A DNA stretch of 64,000 bases from an uncultured Candidatus Rokubacteria bacterium (GCA_963747235.1 CAVVEU010000004.1:96001-160000), one strand, 5' to 3'; positions 21,778-32,117 are shown, counted from the first letter of the stretch. The notes: generated from the sequence alone by a model not told the origin. Numbers and translations are program-made.

Positions 21778-23052
21778 CTACTTCGCCTTGTAGATCTGCT
21801 TGAGCTGCGCGGCCGCGGTGGCGATGACGTCCTTCGTCGAATCGCCCCGGCAGGCCTTGGCGAACATGTCGCAGAGCACGTACTTCGCCACGCTCTCCGA
21901 CATCGCGTGGCCGGGAGGGCCGGGCCACCCGTGGAGCCGCGAGGTCTTCAGCGATTCCTTGAAGGGCATGTAGCGCGGATCCGCGTTCCACATCGGATGG
22001 TTGTCGTAGCCGTTCAGGAACGGCGCGTAGTAGGCGTCGCCCGCGACGAGCCAGCGCGAGAGCTGCTTGTCGTCGTAGAGCCAGCGCAGGAAGGCCTTGG
22101 CCGCGGCCGGGTCGGGCGCGTGCGAGGCGATCGCGTGGGACTGCGGGTTGTAGAGGTGGTAGCGGCCCTTCGGCCCCTGGGGATTGAGGCCGTGGTCGGT
22201 GACCTTGGCGATGTCCGGGAAGTCACGCTTGGCCACGATCAGGATGGACATGGCGTTGTTGGTGCAGGAGATCTGCTCGCCGAAGAACGCCTTGTTGTTG
22301 TTGACGTCGGTCCAGCCGAGCACGTCCTCGAGCATCGTCTCCTGGTAGAACCTCCGGCAGAAGTCCACCGCCTGGGCGGTCTCGGCCGAGTCGATCAGCA
22401 CGGTCTTGCCGTCCTTGTCGACCTCGCGGCCGCCGTACGACCAGAGGAGCGGGTACATCCAGCCGTGGTTGTCGCCGAAGCCGTGGCCCAGCTCGAAGCC
22501 GAAGGGGTGGCCCTTCTTCTTGAGCATGCGGCCGACCGTGAGGAGGTCCTCCCAGGTGTCGGGGAACTTGGTCACGCCCACTTCCTTGAACCAGTCGGTG
22601 CGGTAGCACTCGAGCTGGCCGATGTTGCCCCAGGGCAGGGCCTTCCACTTCTTGTTCACCACCACCGAGTCGAGGATGTTGTCGTGCCAGGGGCCGAGCT
22701 TCTTGCCGATCTCGTTGGCCACGTCGGTGACGTCGAGCAGGCCCTGGTCGAAGAGGTGGGGCCAGTTGACGCCGGTGGCGACGATCTCGGGGCCGGACTT
22801 GGTCTCGACGATCGTGGTGAGCCGGGTGAGCATGCTGCCCACGCTCACCGGCTCGTAGCCGACCTTGATGCCGGTGAGCTTCTCGTACTCGGGGGAGAGC
22901 GTCTTCACGAAGAAGTCGTCGAAGCCCTTGATGAACGAGCTCTCGTGGACGACCGTCATCGACTTGACCGCGGCGCTCGCGCGCCGGGGAGCTACCGCGG
23001 CGGCCGCGCCGCCGACGAGGGTCGAGGTCAGGAATTCGCGTCGAGTGCTCAT
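21778..23052 (-). CDS. Tat-exported carbohydrate-type ABC substrate-binding protein
   Basis: MSTRREFL; GGAGGAGG RBS; paralog of 18535-19833. Confidence 0.9.
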   Translation of the reverse strand: MSTRREFLTSTLVGGAAAAVAPRRASAAVKSMTVVHESSFIKGFDDFFVKTLSPEYEKLTGIKVGYEPVSVGSMLTRLTTIVETKSGPEIVATGVNWPHLFDQGLLDVTDVANEIGKKLGPWHDNILDSVVVNKKWKALPWGNIGQLECYRTDWFKEVGVTKFPDTWEDLLTVGRMLKKKGHPFGFELGHGFGDNHGWMYPLLWSYGGREVDKDGKTVLIDSAETAQAVDFCRRFYQETMLEDVLGWTDVNNNKAFFGEQISCTNNAMSILIVAKRDFPDIAKVTDHGLNPQGPKGRYHLYNPQSHAIASHAPDPAAAKAFLRWLYDDKQLSRWLVAGDAYYAPFLNGYDNHPMWNADPRYMPFKESLKTSRLHGWPGPPGHAMSESVAKYVLCDMFAKACRGDSTKDVIATAAAQLKQIYKAK

Positions 23053-23214
23053 GAGACCTCCTCCGCGACGAGGCGGACAGGTGGGGGACGGTTCACTGCT
23101 CGAGGAGCATAGCGAGAGGGTTTGCGCGCGCGGCGCACCGAGTGGAGCGTTCGTGATCGGGCGCCGATTCCATCCGGGCCTCCGAGAAGCGGCCAACTGG
23201 CAAGCGTGTCCGGG

Positions 23215-23244
23215 ACTCTAGGCCCGCCGGCGGGGGCCTGTCAA
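23215..23244 (-). promoter_or_regulatory. Sigma70-type promoter for the ABC cassette at 23052
   Basis: TTGACA-N18-TAGAGT on the minus strand. Confidence 0.6.
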
Positions 23245-23249
23245 GGCGA

Positions 23250-23633
23250 TCAGCGGGGGGCGGGGCCCACGACCTCCATGAGGGCGCCGAGCCCCCGGTG
23301 GAACGTGGGCGCGCCGCCCGGCACCACGCAGGCCTCGAGCACCTCGAACAGCTCGGCGGGGGTCGCGCCGAACTGGATCGCCCGCCGCATGTGCGCCACC
23401 AGCCCGGCCCGCTCCCCGCCGCGGAAGCAGAGCAGCGCGATGGCCACGAACTCGCGCACCTTGGCCGAGACGTGCTGGCCCTCGCCCAGGGAGAGCTCGT
23501 AGAGGCGGTTGTAGGCCTCGACGAACTCGGGGTCCTGCCGCGCCGCGAACTCCCACTCGGGGTACATGTAGCCCCGCGCCGCCTTCATCTTGGCGATGAG
23601 CGCTTCCGCCTGCTGCTCCCGATTGTCTGGCAT
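23250..23633 (-). CDS. Carboxymuconolactone decarboxylase (CMD/AhpD) family protein
   Basis: KVREFVAIALL, HMRRAIQFGATPAELFEVL. Confidence 0.85.
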   Translation of the reverse strand: MPDNREQQAEALIAKMKAARGYMYPEWEFAARQDPEFVEAYNRLYELSLGEGQHVSAKVREFVAIALLCFRGGERAGLVAHMRRAIQFGATPAELFEVLEACVVPGGAPTFHRGLGALMEVVGPAPR

Positions 23634-23638
23634 GGTCT

Positions 23639-24829
23639 CTAGTCCTTTGGCAGCCCGAGGACCCGCTCGCCGATGATGTTGCGCTGGATCTCGCTGGTGC
23701 CCCCCGCGATCGTGTACTGCCGTGCGCTCAGCACGCGGTTGTACCAGCGCGGGCCGTCGGGCACCTGCGGGCTGGCGCGGTTCACGAGCGCGTGCGGGCC
23801 GAGCAGCTCGCCCGCGAAGTCGGCGATGCGCACGCCCAGCTCGGAGCCGAAGAGCTTCAGGATGGAGCCCTCGGGCCCGGGCGGCTCGCCGCGGAGCTGC
23901 CGGGTCAGGTTGCGCATGCGCGTGTAGCGCTGGCACTGCGCGTCGATCAGGAGCTGGGCGAAGCGCTGGCGGATCACCGGGTGCTCCCACGCGGGCCGGC
24001 CGTCGAGCGGCACCGTCATGGCCAGCGCGCGCAGCCGCGCGAGCTGCTCCTCGTGGCCGCGTCCGCCGCCGCCCTTGCGCTCGTACATGAGCGTGGTCAT
24101 CGCGGGCTTCCAGCCCTCGTTCTGCCGGCCGATCAGGTTGGCCTTCGGCACCGCCACGTCCACGAAGAACACTTCGTTGAAGTGCCGGTGGCCGTTGAGC
24201 AGCACGAGCGGGCGCACCGTGATGCCGGGCGTCTTCATGTCCACCAGAAGATAGCTGATGCCGCGATGCTTGGGCGCGCTCGGATCGGTGCGCACGAGGA
24301 GATAGATCCAGTCCGCGTACTGCGCGCCCGACGTCCACACCTTCTGCCCGTTGACGACGAAGTGGTCGCCGCGGTCGTCGGCGCGGGTGCTGAGGCCGGC
24401 CAGGTCCGAGCCCGCGCCGGGCTCCGAGTAGCCCTGGCACCAGATGTCGTCGCCGCCCAGGATGCGCGGCAGGTAGCGCTGCTTCTGCGCCTCGGTGCCC
24501 CACTCGATGATGGTCGGACCCGCCATGCCGATGCCGGAGTAGCCGGGGAGCACGGGCGCCCGCGCCCGGAAGCATTCCTCGTCGTAGATGACCTGCTCCA
24601 TCAGGGTGGCGCCGCGCCCGCCGTAGTCCTTGGGCCACGAGATCCCGACCCAGCCCGCCGCGTACATGCGGCGCTGCCAGTCGCGCCGGCGCTCGAAGGT
24701 CGCGCGATCCGGGGCCACCCGCTCGTCGGTCGGGTCCTCGATGCGGAGATCGTCGGTGAGGTTGGCGGCGAGCCAGCGGCGGATCTCGGCGCGGAAGTGC
24801 TCCTGCTCGGGCGTGTAGGTGAAATCCAT
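23639..24829 (-). CDS. Acyl-CoA dehydrogenase family protein
   Basis: WCQGYSEPGAGSDL, NGQKVWTS, FNEVFF, TIAGGTSEIQRNII. Confidence 0.94.
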   Translation of the reverse strand: MDFTYTPEQEHFRAEIRRWLAANLTDDLRIEDPTDERVAPDRATFERRRDWQRRMYAAGWVGISWPKDYGGRGATLMEQVIYDEECFRARAPVLPGYSGIGMAGPTIIEWGTEAQKQRYLPRILGGDDIWCQGYSEPGAGSDLAGLSTRADDRGDHFVVNGQKVWTSGAQYADWIYLLVRTDPSAPKHRGISYLLVDMKTPGITVRPLVLLNGHRHFNEVFFVDVAVPKANLIGRQNEGWKPAMTTLMYERKGGGGRGHEEQLARLRALAMTVPLDGRPAWEHPVIRQRFAQLLIDAQCQRYTRMRNLTRQLRGEPPGPEGSILKLFGSELGVRIADFAGELLGPHALVNRASPQVPDGPRWYNRVLSARQYTIAGGTSEIQRNIIGERVLGLPKD

Positions 24830-24936
24830 GGGCCCTCTTCTAGCACCGCTGCGCCCGCGACTCAAGGCGTGCTACATTCAGCGGTATCTCGACGCGGTAT
24901 TCCCTGGCCACGGAGGCGGCATTGGCTCACAAAGGC

Positions 24937-26136
24937 ATGAAGTTCGGCATCTTCCTCGCGCCCTTCCACAAGGTCGGCGAGAACCCCACGCTCGCGATGA
25001 GCCGCGACATGGAGCTGATCGAGTGGATGGACCACCTCGGCTACGACGAGGTGTGGATCGGCGAGCACCACTCGGCGGGCTGGGAGCTGATCGCCTCGCC
25101 CGAGGTCTTCATCGCCGCCGCGGCCGAGCGCACGCGCCACATCATGCTGGGCTCCGGGGTCACGAGCCTCCCCTACCACCACCCGCTGATGGTCGCCCAG
25201 CGCTTCGTGCAGCTCGACCACATGACGCGCGGCCGCGCCATGCTCGGCATCGGGCCCGGCGCCCTCGTCTCCGACGCCTACATGATGGGGATCGAGCCGG
25301 TGACCCAGCGCGCGCGGATGGACGAGTCCCTCGACGCGATCATGCAGCTCTTGAAGTGCGAGGAGCCGGTGACGCTCAAGACCGACTGGTTCGAGCTGCG
25401 CGAGGCCCGGCTGCACCTCGCGCCCTACACCGATCCGCACTTCCCGATCGCGGTGGCCAGCACGATCACCCCGGCGGGAGTGATGACCGCGGGCAAGCAC
25501 GGCATCGGCGTGCTCTCGCTCGGGGCGGGCTTGCCCGGCGGGCCGGAGGCGCTCTCCAACCAGTGGAAGATCGCCGAGGAGACCGCGGCCAAGCACGGCA
25601 AGACCATGGACCGGAAGAACTGGCGGCTCGTGGTCAACGTGCACGTCTCCGACGACGACGAGCTGGCGCTCCGGGAGGTGTCCCGGGGCGAGCGCCACGA
25701 GACCATCACCTACTTCGAGGACACGCTCGGCCGGCCGCCCGGCCGCGCCGACGATCCGCTCCGCGAAGGGGTCAAGATGGGCACCACGCTGGTCGGCACG
25801 CCCGACACCGTGATCCGCGGCATCGAGCGGCTGGAGACGCTGAGTGCGGGCGGCTTCGGCGGCGTCCTCTTCCGCGCCCACGAGTGGGCCAACCGCGAGC
25901 AGACCCTCAAGAGCTACGAGCTGTTCGCGCGCTACGTGATGCCGCGCTTCCAGGGCTCGCTCGGCCCCATCCGCGAGTCCAACGAGTGGGCGCGGAGCAA
26001 CCGCAAGACCATCTTCAGCCCCAACGTCGAGGCGGTGCGCCGCGCGTTCACGGACGCGGGCCGGGATGTGCCGGCCGAGTTCCGCAACCGCACCGTGGGC
26101 GCGCGGGACGTGGACGACTCGAACCCGCCCCGGTAG
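24937..26136 (+). CDS. LLM-class flavin-dependent monooxygenase (limonene 1,2-monooxygenase-like)
   Basis: MKFGIFLAPFH, WIGEHHS, LDHMTRGR, ELFARYVMP. Confidence 0.9.
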   Translation: MKFGIFLAPFHKVGENPTLAMSRDMELIEWMDHLGYDEVWIGEHHSAGWELIASPEVFIAAAAERTRHIMLGSGVTSLPYHHPLMVAQRFVQLDHMTRGRAMLGIGPGALVSDAYMMGIEPVTQRARMDESLDAIMQLLKCEEPVTLKTDWFELREARLHLAPYTDPHFPIAVASTITPAGVMTAGKHGIGVLSLGAGLPGGPEALSNQWKIAEETAAKHGKTMDRKNWRLVVNVHVSDDDELALREVSRGERHETITYFEDTLGRPPGRADDPLREGVKMGTTLVGTPDTVIRGIERLETLSAGGFGGVLFRAHEWANREQTLKSYELFARYVMPRFQGSLGPIRESNEWARSNRKTIFSPNVEAVRRAFTDAGRDVPAEFRNRTVGARDVDDSNPPR

Positions 26137-26155
26137 GGGCGGTCCCCGCGGGGCG

Positions 26156-26656
26156 ATGAGCATCGAGCTGCGCGATGCGCGTCGCTCGCTGGTCGATCGG
26201 GAGTGGCTGATCAACGTCTACCCGGTCTATCTCCACGACCTCTCCGCCTTCGACAGCACCTACTACACCCTGGACGAGCGCGGTCTCTGGAGTCCGGATC
26301 ATCTGCCGGGCTGGCTCAAGGAGGACCCGGATCACCCGCTGATCATCGTGGAGGCCGGCCGTCGTGTCGGCTTCGCGCTGGTCAACCAGGCCCCGTCTCC
26401 CCACATGCAGCCGGGGATGGACTTCCGGATGTCGGAGTTCTTCGTGCTGCGGGCGGCGCGCGGCCGCGGGATCGGACGGCGGGCGGTGTTCGCGCTCTTC
26501 GACCGGTTCCGCGGGAAATGGGAGATCTTCGAGCTCCCGCGCAACGCGCCCGCGATCAGGTTCTGGCGCGGAGCGCTCGGCGCGTACCGCGACGGTCGCT
26601 TTGCCGAGACGAGCGACGCGTCCCACGTGCGCCAGGTCATCGATACTACCGGGTAG
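26156..26656 (+). CDS. GNAT family acetyltransferase
   Basis: YLHDLS, VGFALV, EFFVLRAARGRGIG, NAPAIRFW. Confidence 0.85.
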   Translation: MSIELRDARRSLVDREWLINVYPVYLHDLSAFDSTYYTLDERGLWSPDHLPGWLKEDPDHPLIIVEAGRRVGFALVNQAPSPHMQPGMDFRMSEFFVLRAARGRGIGRRAVFALFDRFRGKWEIFELPRNAPAIRFWRGALGAYRDGRFAETSDASHVRQVIDTTG

Positions 26657-26783
26657 TTCGTTCCAACCGCGCGGTTCTGGCGGGGCCCCACCGAGCGGAA
26701 ACGCCATATCGATCGCGCATAGCTCGCGGCATGCTTGTTGCTCACTTCGACCACGAATCAAATCGCCTCGAAAGGAGCGTCCC

Positions 26784-27111
26784 ATGCTGCGACCGATCAA
26801 GAACGTGCTCAACTACCGGATCCTCGCCACCGACGGGGAGATCGGCAGCGTCAGCGATCTCATCGTGGATGACCAGGAGATGAAGCTGCGCTACCTCGTC
26901 ATCGACACCGGTAACTGGCTGCCCGGGCAAGAAGGTGGTGCTCTCGACCGCCTGGATCAGCAGCGTCGCCCCCGAGCGCGAGACGGTGGTGATGAACATC
27001 GAGAAGAAGCGGATCCAGGAAGCGCCCGAGTACAAGCCGGACGCCGATTGGAGCCGCGAGTACGAGACGCGGCTGCACGATTACTACCGGTTTCCGTACT
27101 ACTGGCTGTAG
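26784..27111 (+). CDS. PRC-barrel domain protein (frameshift near 26928)
   Basis: ATDGEIGSVSDLIVDD..RYLVIDTGNWLPG, then KKVVLS..IQEAPEY..YYRFPYYWL; AAGGAG RBS. Confidence 0.85.
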
Positions 27112-27113
27112 AT

Positions 27114-28204
27114 CTACCAGGTCCGGGTTTCGCCGGGCTTGAGGATCCAGGCGGTGGCGGGGTCGATCCCGCGCCGCTCGATCTCGGCGCGCATCCGGGT
27201 CGGCGGCTCGTCGTAGGGCTCGCGAGCGAGGGCGAACGTGCCCCAGTGCACGCCGAGCAGGTGGGAGGCGCGCAGGTCCAGCGTGGCCTGCAGCGCCTCC
27301 TCCGGCGACATGTGCACGGGCTTGGCGATGTCGCGCGGGGTGTAGGATCCGATCGGCAGCGCGGCCAGGTCGAACGGGCCGAGCCGGTTCCCCGTTTCCG
27401 TGAAGTGGCGAAAGTATCCCGTGTCGCCGCCGAAGTAGAAGCGCTTCGAGCCCAGCACCGCCCACGAGGACCAGAGGCGACGGCCCTGGTCGATGACGGT
27501 GCGGCCGCCGCCGTGCTGGGCGGGTGTGCACACCACCGTCAGTCCCTTGACCGTGACCGATTCGCCCCAGTCGAGCTCCACCGCGTTGGTGATGCCGCGA
27601 TCGGCGAGCCACGCCTTGATGCCGAGGGGCACGACGAAGAGCGGGTCGAACTTCCGGGCGAGGCGGCGCACGGTGGGCTCGTCGAGATGATCGTAGTGAT
27701 CGTGCGAGATCAGGACGAAGTCGATGGGCGGCAGGTCGTCGAACGCGATGCCGGGCGGCGTGTAGCGGCGCACGCCGATGAAGCCGCTGAAGGGGCCGCT
27801 GCGCTCGGCCCAGTTCGGATCGGTCAGGAAGGTGACCCCGTCGAGCTGGACCAGCACGGTGGAGTGGCCGATCCAGGTCACGGTCGGGGCGTGCGCGCGG
27901 TCGCGCAGGGCGGCCCAGTCGGGCGTGCCGAGCGGGAGCGCCGCGACGCGACTCTCCGAGACGAGCCAGGTGGCGCCCATCACCAGCGAGTGCAGGCGCG
28001 CCCAGTAGGACGCGCGCCGGTACTCCGGGTCGACGTTCTTGTAGGCGCTGCCCGCCCGCTTCGCGGGATCGAAGAAGCCGGGCGCGACGTGGGGAACCGG
28101 CGTCTCGGCGCTCGACGCCGCGGGCCCGAAGGCGGCGGAAATCCATCGCCGGCGATCAGGGTCAGGACGACGACGAGTAGGAGCGATGGCACGCGGCGAT
28201 GCAT
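27114..28204 (-). CDS. MBL-fold metallo-hydrolase (NAPE-PLD/RomA-like); N-terminal frameshifts
   Basis: TWIGHST, SHDHYDHLD, GGDTGY, LPIGSY, HWGTF; signal peptide at 28204. Confidence 0.87.
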
Positions 28205-28228
28205 ACCTTCAGCGCTAGCGTCCGGCCG

Positions 28229-29513
28229 TCAATCGGCGTCCGCGATCAGAGCTGACCCGGACCGGGAGCGAGAGGATCTCGAGGATGCGGTCGATGAGTC
28301 CCGCGGTTCCTCCATTCCTCGTAGGTGACCTGGCGGGACTCGTCCGAGATCCTTCTCGAAGACGCGCTCGAGCCGGCGCGCGATGCCCCCGTCGTAGACG
28401 ACCAGGTTCAGCTCCTCGTTCAGCTCGAACGAGCGACGGTCGAGGTTGGTGCTGCCCACGGTGGCCCAGATCGAGTCGATCACCATGGTCTTGGAATGCA
28501 GCAGCGCCGCCCGGTACTCGTGGATCTCGACGCCTGCCAGGAGCAGCCGGCCGAGCTGGCCCGGCTCGCCTGCCGGACGAGATTGTGGTCGATCGCTCCG
28601 GGCAGGAGCAGGACGACGCGCACGCCGCGCCGGCGGGCCTGCACCAGCGTCTCGATCATCTTGTCGTCGGGCACGAAGTACGGATTGGTGATGTAGATCG
28701 ACCGGCGTGCCGAGGCCATCGCGAGCAGGAACATGGTGTACATCGCCACGCTGCCGCCCGCGGGCGAGCTGCGCACGATCTGCGACTCGACCGCGCCCTG
28801 GCGTCGCAGCGGCCGGGGAAGTAGTCGGCCCCCCCAGAGCACGCTCCCGGTCGCCTCGAGCCAGTTCTCCGCGAACGCACCCTGGAGCTGCTCACCACCG
28901 GGCCCTCGACCCGCATGTCGGTGTCGCGCCACTGGCCTTCCTGCTTGCCGTCGCCGCTCCACTTGCCGCTCGTGCCCGAGCCTCCGGTGATACCCACTCG
29001 CCCGTCCGCGACGAGGATGCGTCGATGGTTCCGGTAGTTGACCCGATCGATCGTCCACGGGGTCAGCGGCCGGTAGACAGCCACCTCGCAGCCGGCCTCG
29101 GTCATCCAGTGGCGGTACTGCGACGGCATCAGCAGCGAGCCGACCGCGTCGAGCAGCACGTGCACCTTGACGCCCGCCCGGCAGCGCTCCGCGAGCGCCT
29201 GGGCGGTGTCCGCGGCGGGCTCACCCTCCTCGAACACGTACTGCGCGTAGGTGATGGTCTTGCGCGCGGCCCCGGATCACCGTGAGCTTGGCCGGGAAGA
29301 TCTCCTCCCCGTTCAGGAGGACGTCGACCCGGTTGCCCGGCTACGACCGCCGCGCCGGTGTAACCGACGAGGGTGGCCGGAGCGCGGGCTCCGCGATCCG
29401 CAGCTCGGGGATCTTGAGGTGGGGCTGGACGTGGTTGCAGCCGGCCAGCCCCAGCAGAAGAAGACAGGCGGCGAAGAGTCCGGCGAGGGCTGCCCGCCGG
29501 CGGCCGGGCTCAC
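28229..29513 (-). CDS. cls: Cardiolipin synthase / phospholipase D family (multiple frameshifts; ends approximate)
   Basis: LLDAVGS, NYRNHRRILVADGRVGITGG, WRDT, ITNPYFVP, VGSTNLDRRSFELNEE in successive frames. Confidence 0.85.
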
Positions 29514-30204
29514 AGCTTGCGGAGAACTTCGATCCGATCTCCGTCGCGGGGTGGGTGCTGAGGAAGCCGCCGCCCCCTCCGTCCCGTTCCGCGCTCATCA
29601 GCCACGTGAGGGTGTTGATCATGACGTCCTTCGGCTGCGACCGATCCGCTTGAGCAGCTCGACGCCGTGGCGGTCGGCCTCGTACTCCTCGTTGCGGCTG
29701 TAGCTTGCGCGTGGATCGAGCGCGCCCGCGATCGGCACGACGCTGGCCTGCGCCCGGAATGATCTGGTCGAGGATGACCGCGCCGATCCCGATCCCGGTG
29801 CCGAGCGCCTGGGCTTTCGCCACGTGTCCCAGGTCGTCGTGCGCGACCTCGTGCGCCATCACCGCCAGGAGCTGGTCGTCGTTGGCCTTCTGCAGGAGAC
29901 CGGTCGTGACGTAGAACTCACCGTTGCCCGCGTTGGCCGCGTTGATCGCCGGGTCGTCGATGATGCCGACCTTGACCTGACCCGGTCGCCTTCGGCTTGT
30001 TCATGACGGCCAGCAGCGGGACCATCACCTTCTTCAGCCGTTCGACCTGGGCCGGGTCGACCGTCTTCTTGGCGGTGGTCGGGGCGGGCCGGCGAGGGCC
30101 GCGTCGGTCCGTCCGCTCGAGGGCGGCGCCGAGGTGGTCTCGACGGCGCAGCCGCCGAGCAGGGCCGCCAGGAGCGCCCCTCCGACCGACCGCCGCGCGC
30201 TCAT
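29510..30204 (-). CDS. M48 family metalloprotease lipoprotein (multiple frameshifts)
   Basis: LLGGC lipobox; INAA..YVTTGLL, AHEVAH (HExxH), EEYEAD, FLSTHP. Confidence 0.82.
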
Positions 30205-30449
30205 CGCCGCTCCCGGGGGTTCGCGTGGGCCGGACCGCGTCCTGACCCGACCTGGAGCGTCGAGGTGACCTGATCCTTCGCGGAGTCGAAGATGCTCCTC
30301 GGCGGTGGACTGGACCGACTGGAGCGTATCGGCCGCCACCAGCGCGCGCGGTCCGGCCCTTGGTGTTGGCGAGGCGCCGCAGATCCGTCGCCCCACACGT
30401 AGACCGCGATGCCGCCCACGATGGCTCCCAGCAGGAATCGACTCAGCAT
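30201..30449 (-). CDS. Small YtxH-like membrane-anchored protein (frameshifted)
   Basis: MLSRFLLGAIVGGIAVYVW hydrophobic N-terminus; hydrophilic helical tail; GGAG RBS. Confidence 0.55.
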   Translation of the reverse strand: MLSRFLLGAIVGGIAVYVWGDGSAAPRQHQGPDRARWWRPIRSSRSSPPPRSIFDSAKDQVTSTLQVGSGRGPAHANPRERR

Positions 30450-30462
30450 GATGCTCTCCTTC

Positions 30463-30627
30463 TCACGCCGCTACGTTGTGGATGGGCCACTCGACTCCGG
30501 CGCTCCGCCGGATCTCGTGCCCGCAGGGACCGAGCGCGATCACGAGGGCCTCGCCCCGCTCGCGCCAGTCTTCGACCTCCCGAAAGGTGTTGCACGTCCG
30601 ACAGTACAGCGCCGGCATCCCGTTCAT
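30463..30627 (-). CDS. Small zinc-ribbon-like protein (54 aa)
   Basis: GGGAGG RBS; YCRTC..PCGH; ATGA overlap with the upstream gene. Confidence 0.55.
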   Translation of the reverse strand: MNGMPALYCRTCNTFREVEDWRERGEALVIALGPCGHEIRRSAGVEWPIHNVAA

Positions 30628-30839
30628 CGCGTGCCTCCCTTTCTTCCCGCCGCGTCCGTCTTGGCGCAGTCGGGACACACCTCGAGTTCGGCATCGTAGG
30701 CGATGCCGTGTATCGGACAGCGCGCCACCGGGAGCGGATCGGAGCGACGGCCGCCCAGCAGGAGGAGCCCCAGTCCGAGGCCGCCCATGGCGAGGACCAC
30801 CGCCGCCGCGATCCGTCCCGATGCCGCGTACGCGTTCAT
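30624..30839 (-). CDS. Small membrane protein with CPxH..CPxC motif
   Basis: N-terminal TM helix; CPIHG..CPDC; starts 1 nt after the DUF3309 stop. Confidence 0.55.
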   Translation of the reverse strand: MNAYAASGRIAAAVVLAMGGLGLGLLLLGGRRSDPLPVARCPIHGIAYDAELEVCPDCAKTDAAGRKGGTR

Positions 30840-30840
30840 G

Positions 30841-30993
30841 TCAGAGCCGACCCGTCAGCATGAGGATGATGAGGATCAAGAGCACGAGCCCGACGCCCCC
30901 GCTCGGGTAAGGGCCCCAGCCCGAGCTGTAGCCCCACGTCGGCAAGCTCCCGACCAGGATGAGTACCAGGATGATGATCAGGATCAGTGACAC
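30841..30993 (-). CDS. DUF3309 family small membrane protein
   Basis: ILIIILVLILVGSLPTWGYSSGWGPYPSGG..LLILIILMLTGRL; GGAGGA RBS. Confidence 0.9.
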   Translation of the reverse strand: MSLILIIILVLILVGSLPTWGYSSGWGPYPSGGVGLVLLILIILMLTGRL

Positions 30994-31091
30994 CGCGCGT
31001 CCTCCTCTTCTCGTCGATTCCGTGGCGTGTTCTCTTGTTGCCCGGCGGGCGACGGGGATCATTCCCCGCCGCCCGCCCTCGAGGCGACGAC

Positions 31092-31237
31092 CTAGCGGCT
31101 GCGCTCGCCCTGACCGCCACCCGGCTGCGGGTTGCGGCCCGGTTCCTGCTGCTGCTGGCCCTGACGGTCCTTGTCCCGATCGTGACCGGGCTGGCCGGCG
31201 GCTGGCCCTGCTGTCCCTGCTTCTCCGTCGTGCCCAT
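31092..31237 (-). CDS. Small hydrophilic Gly/Gln-rich peptide (one frameshift)
   Basis: AAGGAG RBS; MGTTEKQGQQGQPP..DRDKDRQGQQQQEPGRNPQPGGGQGERSR*. Confidence 0.5.
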
Positions 31238-31293
31238 GTCGTCGTGCTCCTTTCTGTTTTCCGACGCGCTCGCGCCGGATCTTCCCGGCCGCG

Positions 31294-31485
31294 TCAGCGG
31301 GCCCGGGATGTCCGCCGTCGTCGCGGAATGCGGGCTCCCGCTTCGCGAGCCTCGCTCAGCGCGATGGCGACGGCCTGCTTGCGCTTGCGAACTTTCCCTC
31401 CCGAGGACGAGCGGAGCGTGCCCCGCTTGTACTCGCCCATCACCTTCTTGACCTTGCGGCTGCCCTTGCCTCTCGGCTTGGCCAT
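31294..31485 (-). CDS. DUF6496 family small basic protein
   Basis: KVKKVMGEYKRGTLRSSSGGKVRKRKQAVAIALSEAR. Confidence 0.85.
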   Translation of the reverse strand: MAKPRGKGSRKVKKVMGEYKRGTLRSSSGGKVRKRKQAVAIALSEAREAGARIPRRRRTSRAR

Positions 31486-31523
31486 GTCGGTTGCTCCGTG
31501 CCGCGGTCTCTGAGGAGCTTTGC

Positions 31524-32117
31524 TTACTTGCCGGCCTGGCGAACCGTCAGCTCGTTCTTGACCCACTTCACGCCGGCCGTGTTGCGGGCCACTTCGGAGG
31601 CCTTGGCCGCCACCATGATGCTCGGCACCTCTCCGGTCAGCGTCGCCACGCCCGCGTCGATGCGCACGTCCACCTTCTTGAGCTGGGCGTCGCGGGAGAA
31701 GCGGTTCTCCACCGCCTTGGTGATGTCCTCGTCCTTGGCGTCCACCATCTTGCGGCTGCCCGGGGCCACGACCTGGAGGTCGTTCTTCACCGACTGCGCG
31801 CCCTCGATGCCCTTGGCGATCTCGCCGGCCGCCGACTTGGCCTCGGCGGAGTCGACCTTGCCGCGCAGATGCACGACGCCGCCCTTCATGGTATCGACGC
31901 TGATCTGCGTGCCCTTCACGCGCTCGTCCGCGTAGAGGGCGATCTTGGTCTTGGAGGTGATCCAGGTGTCGCTGACCGCGGTCTTCGCGTCCTGGGTCAT
32001 GACCTTGGCCTTGTCCTTGGTCTCTTCCATCTTGCTCTGCGCGCCCGCGGTGAGCGGAGCCGCCGCGAGAAGCGCGGTGAGAATCGTGGCCGTCGTCATC
32101 GTCTTGCCGTACCGCAT
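31524..32117 (-). CDS. Dual BON domain protein (OsmY-like)
   Basis: Signal peptide; SDTWITSKTK..GVVHLRG..VKNDL and DEDIT..GVATLTG..VKNEL; AAGGAGG RBS. Confidence 0.92.
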   Translation of the reverse strand: MRYGKTMTTATILTALLAAAPLTAGAQSKMEETKDKAKVMTQDAKTAVSDTWITSKTKIALYADERVKGTQISVDTMKGGVVHLRGKVDSAEAKSAAGEIAKGIEGAQSVKNDLQVVAPGSRKMVDAKDEDITKAVENRFSRDAQLKKVDVRIDAGVATLTGEVPSIMVAAKASEVARNTAGVKWVKNELTVRQAGK

